DNA from: Candidatus Krumholzibacteriota bacterium
Lineage (GTDB): Bacteria; Krumholzibacteriota; Krumholzibacteriia; JAJRXK01
NCBI GenBank assembly: GCA_963727455.1
Contig: CAVSGG010000011.1
Coordinates: forward strand, 1-64,000
Length of the DNA: 64,000 nt
Direction: 5' to 3'
Made by a program: the position numbers and the translations under genes. The notes beneath the pieces are model-generated. The model did not search any database. It saw only the letters and a program-made list of their open reading frames with translations, and was not told the origin of the DNA. Each line of letters starts with the position of its first letter. The stretch's first letter is position 1. Positions 59,391 to 64,000 of this stretch are shown in pieces.

Positions 59391-61670
59391 ATGATCGACC
59401 ACGGCCGTCAGCGCTGGAAATACGAGGTGGAACTGGAACCGGGAATCGAAGATTTCGGGGCCCACGTCCTCCGTCTGGCGCGAGAGCTTCATCTCGGTGG
59501 TCAGATGCGGCGCAGCGATGCCACGCTTCAACTCGAGGTGGAAGGCGAAACCGCCAAGCTGCAGAGCTTCGACGAACGACTGAAGCGGGTACTCTCGTTC
59601 GCCTGCGCTCGGCTGGACGAGTCGCTGAAGAAGGACCTGGCTCTGGGGGGGGAATCCGAGTTCGAAATCCTGGTCTCCGAGGGGGAGGGCATGCACTCCG
59701 CTCCCTTCTCCCCCGACCGCGCCATCTGCAGCGAGTGTCTCAAGGAGATCTTCGACCCACACGACCGCCGCTACCGTTACCCCTTCAGCTCATGCGGAGA
59801 GTGTGGACCGCGGTACAGCGTCACCCGCAAGCCGCCGTACACGCGCGACACGAGCTCGATGGCCCCCTTCCCTCTGTGCGAAAATTGCCGCCGCGAATAC
59901 GAAGACTCCAAGGGAAGGCGCTACCACGCGGCGCTCATTTCTTGCCCGGACTGCGGACCCTGCTACTGGATCGAGCCCGCGCCCAAGTCGGTGTCGGCCG
60001 CTGACGTGATCTACGAAGCGGTGGAGCTGCTGAAGAAGGGGCACATTCTGGCCATCAAAGGGACCGGTGGTTTCCATCTGGCCTGTCTCGCGAATGACGA
60101 AGCTCTGGTGCAGAGACTGCGCCGGCGCATCCAGCGCCGTACCAAGCCGATGGCGGTGATGGTGCCTGACCTGGATTGGGCCCGGCGCGTGTGCCATTTC
60201 AATCCACTGGCGCGCGGCAAACTCAAGGATCCCTCGGCTCCCATCGTGCTCGCCCCCAAGAAACATCCCGAAGTCCTGGCGCCTTCGATCGCCCCCGATT
60301 CTCCGGACTACGGATTGACCCTACCGAGCACGCCCTTTCGTCAGCTCCTGATGAGCACCTTGGCGCAGCCGCTCGTGGTGACCGCGGCAAAATTCGCGGG
60401 GGAAACGATCGTCGCCAGCAACGAGGAGGCGCGCACGCGCCTGCGCGACGTGGCCGATTACATGGTCCTGCACGACCGGGAAATCATGATGCCCTGCGAG
60501 GACACGGTCATGCGGGTCCAAGGGGACGACCTGGTGACGACCCGCCGCTCCTGGGGACAGGCGCCACGACCGCTGATCCTGGATCACGAGATTCCCCCCA
60601 TCCTCGGCCTCGGCGGCATTCACCGCGGCACCTTGGCTCTGGGTTTCGACCGCTGGATCGTCCTCAGCCAGCATCTCGGCGAGTTGGATTCCCCGGCCGT
60701 GGAGATCCTTTACCGGCAGACCCTGGCACACCTCAGTCGTCTGCACGATTTCAGCGCCAGCGCCTTAGCCTACGATCTTCATCCCGGGAGTCTGGGACGG
60801 CGACTGTGTAAGGAGATGGAACTGCCCGCGATCGGAGTGCAGCACCACCATGCGCACATTGCCGGGGTGATGGCCGAGCACAACTTGAAGGGGCCCGTCC
60901 TGGGACTGGCCCTCGACCAGGCCGGCTGGGGGGAAGACGGAAGCCTCTGGGGCAGCGAGTTCTTGCTCGGGGACGCAAACAAGGTCGAGCGCGTCGATCA
61001 CCTCCCCTACTTCCCCCTGCCCGGTGGCGTGACCGCCTTCGCACACCCCTGGCGCAGCGCGGCGGGATTGCTCTGGGAGCTCAAGGGAGAGGACGCCGCC
61101 AAGACCTGGCTCGAGAGTTCCGCTCCGGATCCTGTCGCGGCGGAAAGCACCCTCGCGCTCTTACGGGAAAATTTGAACTGCCCGCGGGCCTGTGGCTTGG
61201 GAGCAGTGTACGACGCGCTGGCCGCCATTCTGGGCATCTCGAACAACCAGAGTTTCGACGGACAGGCTCCCATGTCCTTGGAACGTCTGGCGGGAGTACC
61301 CCACGAGATCGACGAGAGCAAGCTCCCCGATCCGGATGCCGATGCCAGGGAGACCCTGCGCGCCATCCTGGACCATCTTCTGCTGCGGCCCTTCAACAGC
61401 CGGCAGCTGGCTCGGGCGGGAGCCTGGACCCAGGCCGCGGTGGCGCGCTGGGTCGCCCAGCGGGCGGTGCACCTGGCCCGCGAGCACCAGCTGGACACCG
61501 TAGTGGCCAGCGGAGGCTGCCTGGTCAACGGCTGGATGCGCCACGAGCTGCGCACCCGCCTGGCCCGTGCCCAGCTGCGTTTCTTCACCAACGCGGCGAT
61601 TCCGCCCAACGACGGAGGCCTGCCGGTGGGCCAGATCCAGGTGGCCGCGGCCCGTTTGGAGCAAGCCTGA
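59391..61670 (+). CDS. hypF: HypF-like carbamoyltransferase (divergent)
   Basis: Four CxxC zinc-finger pairs with RRYRYPF and CGPRYS, plus KGTGGFHL, DLHP, QHHHAH and PPNDGG. Several motifs deviate from canonical HypF. Confidence 0.8.
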   Translation: MIDHGRQRWKYEVELEPGIEDFGAHVLRLARELHLGGQMRRSDATLQLEVEGETAKLQSFDERLKRVLSFACARLDESLKKDLALGGESEFEILVSEGEGMHSAPFSPDRAICSECLKEIFDPHDRRYRYPFSSCGECGPRYSVTRKPPYTRDTSSMAPFPLCENCRREYEDSKGRRYHAALISCPDCGPCYWIEPAPKSVSAADVIYEAVELLKKGHILAIKGTGGFHLACLANDEALVQRLRRRIQRRTKPMAVMVPDLDWARRVCHFNPLARGKLKDPSAPIVLAPKKHPEVLAPSIAPDSPDYGLTLPSTPFRQLLMSTLAQPLVVTAAKFAGETIVASNEEARTRLRDVADYMVLHDREIMMPCEDTVMRVQGDDLVTTRRSWGQAPRPLILDHEIPPILGLGGIHRGTLALGFDRWIVLSQHLGELDSPAVEILYRQTLAHLSRLHDFSASALAYDLHPGSLGRRLCKEMELPAIGVQHHHAHIAGVMAEHNLKGPVLGLALDQAGWGEDGSLWGSEFLLGDANKVERVDHLPYFPLPGGVTAFAHPWRSAAGLLWELKGEDAAKTWLESSAPDPVAAESTLALLRENLNCPRACGLGAVYDALAAILGISNNQSFDGQAPMSLERLAGVPHEIDESKLPDPDADARETLRAILDHLLLRPFNSRQLARAGAWTQAAVARWVAQRAVHLAREHQLDTVVASGGCLVNGWMRHELRTRLARAQLRFFTNAAIPPNDGGLPVGQIQVAAARLEQA

Positions 61671-61915
61671 GGGAACGTTTTGTCCCGGCGAGCATTTGAT
61701 GGAGAATGAGAGCCGCTTCTATGCTAGGGTCGGCGGATGGAGGAAAACGGTGGCGAGGCTTGGAGTAATACGATCAAACGATCGTTTCCTCGTGAAAAAC
61801 CGGGCTCTGGGAGGCATTCCTCCTTGTCTCAGTCTGGATGGCTGACCACTATAGCTGCGGAAACCCATGAACGGTCGATCACTCGATCGACCCCCGAGAG
61901 GCTGGAGAGATAACG

Positions 61916-62458
61916 ATGCGTAAATTCACCTTGATCCTGAGCTTGGCCGTCCTGGCGCTCTTCATCTTCAGCACGATGAGCGTGGCGGCCGATCATGAGT
62001 ATGTCGGCGTCTACAAGTGCAAAATGTGCCACAAGACGGAATCCAAGGGGGACCAATACGGGATTTGGCTGAAGAGTGCCCACGCCAATGCCTACAAGGT
62101 TCTTGCCACCGATGAAGCCAAGTCCGTGGCGGCCAAGCTGAAGCTGGAAGGCGACCCGCAGAAATTGGATGAGTGCCTTTCCTGCCACGTGACCGCGCAC
62201 GGCGTGGATGCGAAACTCCTGGGTGCCAAGTACACCGTCGAAGATGGTGTGGGCTGCGAGAGCTGCCATGGTCCGGGAGGCGACTATATGAAAATGCCGG
62301 TCATGAAGGACAAGGAAAAGGCGGTGGCCGCGGGCCTGATCATTCCCGATGAGAAGACCTGCATCCAGTGCCACAACGACAAGAGCCCGACCTACAAGGA
62401 ATTCGATTACAAAAAGTTCTACGCCAAGATCGCGCACCCCATTCCCACCGAGAAATAG
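61916..62458 (+). CDS. Periplasmic tetraheme cytochrome c (c554-like)
   Basis: Signal peptide; YVG..KCKMCH, CLSCH, GVGCESCHGPG and CIQCH. Confidence 0.9.
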   Translation: MRKFTLILSLAVLALFIFSTMSVAADHEYVGVYKCKMCHKTESKGDQYGIWLKSAHANAYKVLATDEAKSVAAKLKLEGDPQKLDECLSCHVTAHGVDAKLLGAKYTVEDGVGCESCHGPGGDYMKMPVMKDKEKAVAAGLIIPDEKTCIQCHNDKSPTYKEFDYKKFYAKIAHPIPTEK

Positions 62459-62495
62459 GGGCTCAGGCGCGGAGGCGTGAAACCAAAATTCGAGT

Positions 62496-62521
62496 GACGC
62501 CGGTCTTTTCAGGCCGGCGTC
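62496..62521 (+). terminator. Intercistronic hairpin (terminator or mRNA-stabilising)
   Basis: GACGCCGGTC...GGCCGGCGTC stem with no strong U-tract. Confidence 0.45.
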
Positions 62522-62553
62522 GTTCATGTGAGGCTGGAAGATGAGGATGAAGA

Positions 62554-64000
62554 TTGCGATGGACTGCGAATTCCGGACGCCCCTCCCGGCGAATCGCACG
62601 GCAGTGGACTTACTTCTCGCTGACACTTTTGGCGCTGAGTCTCTTGTCTCCCCGCCCCGTGGTGGCGAGCAGCGACGACTGCCTCGGTTGCCACGCACCC
62701 AAGGAGGAAGTGGTCGACGTAGCGCATCAGGTGGATCCCGCCAAGTTTGCCGCGTCCATTCACGGGCAGGCGGGGCTGGAGTGCACGGACTGCCACGAGG
62801 GGAATTTCGACGAGGTTCCGCATGAAGGCGTCGTGGTTCCTCACTGCACGAACTGTCACGAAGAGGCCGGCGAGCAGTTCAAGTCCAGCGCTCACGAACA
62901 GATCGTTCTCAAGGAGGGCGAGAACTCGCCCTTCGGCGAGAATCCCTGTGCGGCTTGCCACGGGGTGCACGACGTGCTTCCGCCCGACAACCCACAGAGT
63001 CGCGTCTTCTATCGCAACATTCCCGCAACCTGCGGGCGCTGTCACGGCGACACCAAGATCATCCAGCTCACCGGGGTGAACGCGAATCCGCCCGCCCAAT
63101 ACGAGACCAGTGTTCACGGTCTGGATCTGTCAGACCCCAACAAGAAGCCGGCCGTCTGCAGCAGTTGTCACGGTTATCACGACATCCGTCTGGCGAAAGA
63201 CCCCAAGTCGCGCATCAACCCCTTCAACATTCCCTCCACCTGCGGCCAGTGCCACAAAGAAGAAGCGCAGACTTACTTGGGTTCAGTGCACGGAGTCGCC
63301 TCGCAACGGGGCGTGACTTTGGCTCCGACCTGCACCACCTGTCATGGCATGCACACCATTGCTCCGGTCACCCAAAAGGCCGGAGGCAACAAGACCAGCC
63401 GGCGACTGGTTCGAACCACCTGCCCGGCCTGTCACCAGAGCACAGCGCTGATCAGTCGCTTCAACATCGCTGCCGCGAGAGTCTCGACCTACGAGGCAAG
63501 CTACCACGGCCTCGTATCCCGTCGTGGCGGGACGAACGTCGCCGACTGCGCGAGCTGTCACGGCATCCACAACATCTACGACTCCAGCGATCCCCGCTCC
63601 ACTGTCGCTCCGCAGAACCTGGAAGCCACCTGCGGAAAATGCCACCCCGGTGCCGGAGAGAAGTTCGTCAAGCAACCCGTTCATCTCCTGGAATCCAAGA
63701 CGAGTGCGAAAGCGACCAACATCACTATTTGGGTCAAGCGCGTGTACTGGGTGCTGCTCATCGGCGTCTTGGGCGGCATGTTGCTGCACAACGCGGTCAT
63801 TCTCTTCTTCTACATCCGCAAGAACTGGCGCAAGCAGAAGGGTGAGGAGAACCGCCGGCGCTTCAACCGCAGCGAGATCTGGCAGCACTCGCTCTTCCTG
63901 ATCGCATTCGTGCTTCTGGCCCTCTCAGGCTTCATGCTGGCCTATCCCGACCACTGGTGGGCGCGCGCCATGACCGCGCTCGGAGTGGGAGAAACCGCGC
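62554..64000 (+). CDS. Multiheme cytochrome c (11 CxxCH) fused to a membrane cytochrome b domain, CbcL-like (runs off window)
   Basis: Not in the ORF track. TTG start after GAGGA, a signal peptide and 11 CxxCH motifs, then a TM helix (GGMLLHN) and RRFNRSEIWQH..ALSGF, an FdnI/HydC-like start. Confidence 0.85.
   Translation, partial: MRWTANSGRPSRRIARQWTYFSLTLLALSLLSPRPVVASSDDCLGCHAPKEEVVDVAHQVDPAKFAASIHGQAGLECTDCHEGNFDEVPHEGVVVPHCTNCHEEAGEQFKSSAHEQIVLKEGENSPFGENPCAACHGVHDVLPPDNPQSRVFYRNIPATCGRCHGDTKIIQLTGVNANPPAQYETSVHGLDLSDPNKKPAVCSSCHGYHDIRLAKDPKSRINPFNIPSTCGQCHKEEAQTYLGSVHGVASQRGVTLAPTCTTCHGMHTIAPVTQKAGGNKTSRRLVRTTCPACHQSTALISRFNIAAARVSTYEASYHGLVSRRGGTNVADCASCHGIHNIYDSSDPRSTVAPQNLEATCGKCHPGAGEKFVKQPVHLLESKTSAKATNITIWVKRVYWVLLIGVLGGMLLHNAVILFFYIRKNWRKQKGEENRRRFNRSEIWQHSLFLIAFVLLALSGFMLAYPDHWWARAMTALGVGETA

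Noticed and set aside
59334-59762. Long N-terminal extension of the kinase ORF
   Set aside because: It overlaps hypF on the opposite strand. The ATG at 59333 gives a clean PAS start.
61800-61830. Sigma-54 promoter before the tetraheme cytochrome (AGGCATTCCTCCTTG)
   Set aside because: Spacing is off by one and the -12 GC is missing.
1-64000. CRISPR arrays, tRNA/rRNA, IS elements, integrases
   Set aside because: None recognised by eye and intergenic spaces are short. tRNAscan, Rfam and CRISPR finders were not run.

Overview
GC-rich bacterial chromosomal segment with about 50 genes. I saw no rRNA, tRNA, CRISPR array or mobile element. Two secreted proteins end in 'NVPNPFNP' FlgD-Ig tails, which suggests an FCB-related lineage such as Krumholzibacteriota or Eisenbacteria (inference). 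Contents in order: a ygfK-ygeW-ygeY-like cluster with a shortened YgfK; lutABC; futalosine-type menaquinone genes (mqnP, an MqnE-like gene lacking the radical-SAM motif, mqnA, and later ubiX and menG); a subtilase; hemE-hemG-hemC-hemB-hemL; an outer-membrane beta-barrel/lipoprotein operon with one frameshifted paralog; two GT-C-like membrane proteins; an M16 peptidase; a sigma-70 factor; a CoA-transferase-GNAT fusion; a Rieske/cytochrome b/9-heme cytochrome operon; PFOR plus a DHODH-like gene; a sigma-54 two-component system flanking a VOR-type operon; a divergent HypF; a tetraheme cytochrome; and an 11-heme CbcL-like cytochrome c/b fusion. The most notable signal is a shared TGACA-N3-TGTCC motif in three intergenic regions, suggesting a sigma-54 regulon that includes the sigma-70 gene. 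All family assignments are from recalled motifs, not database searches.
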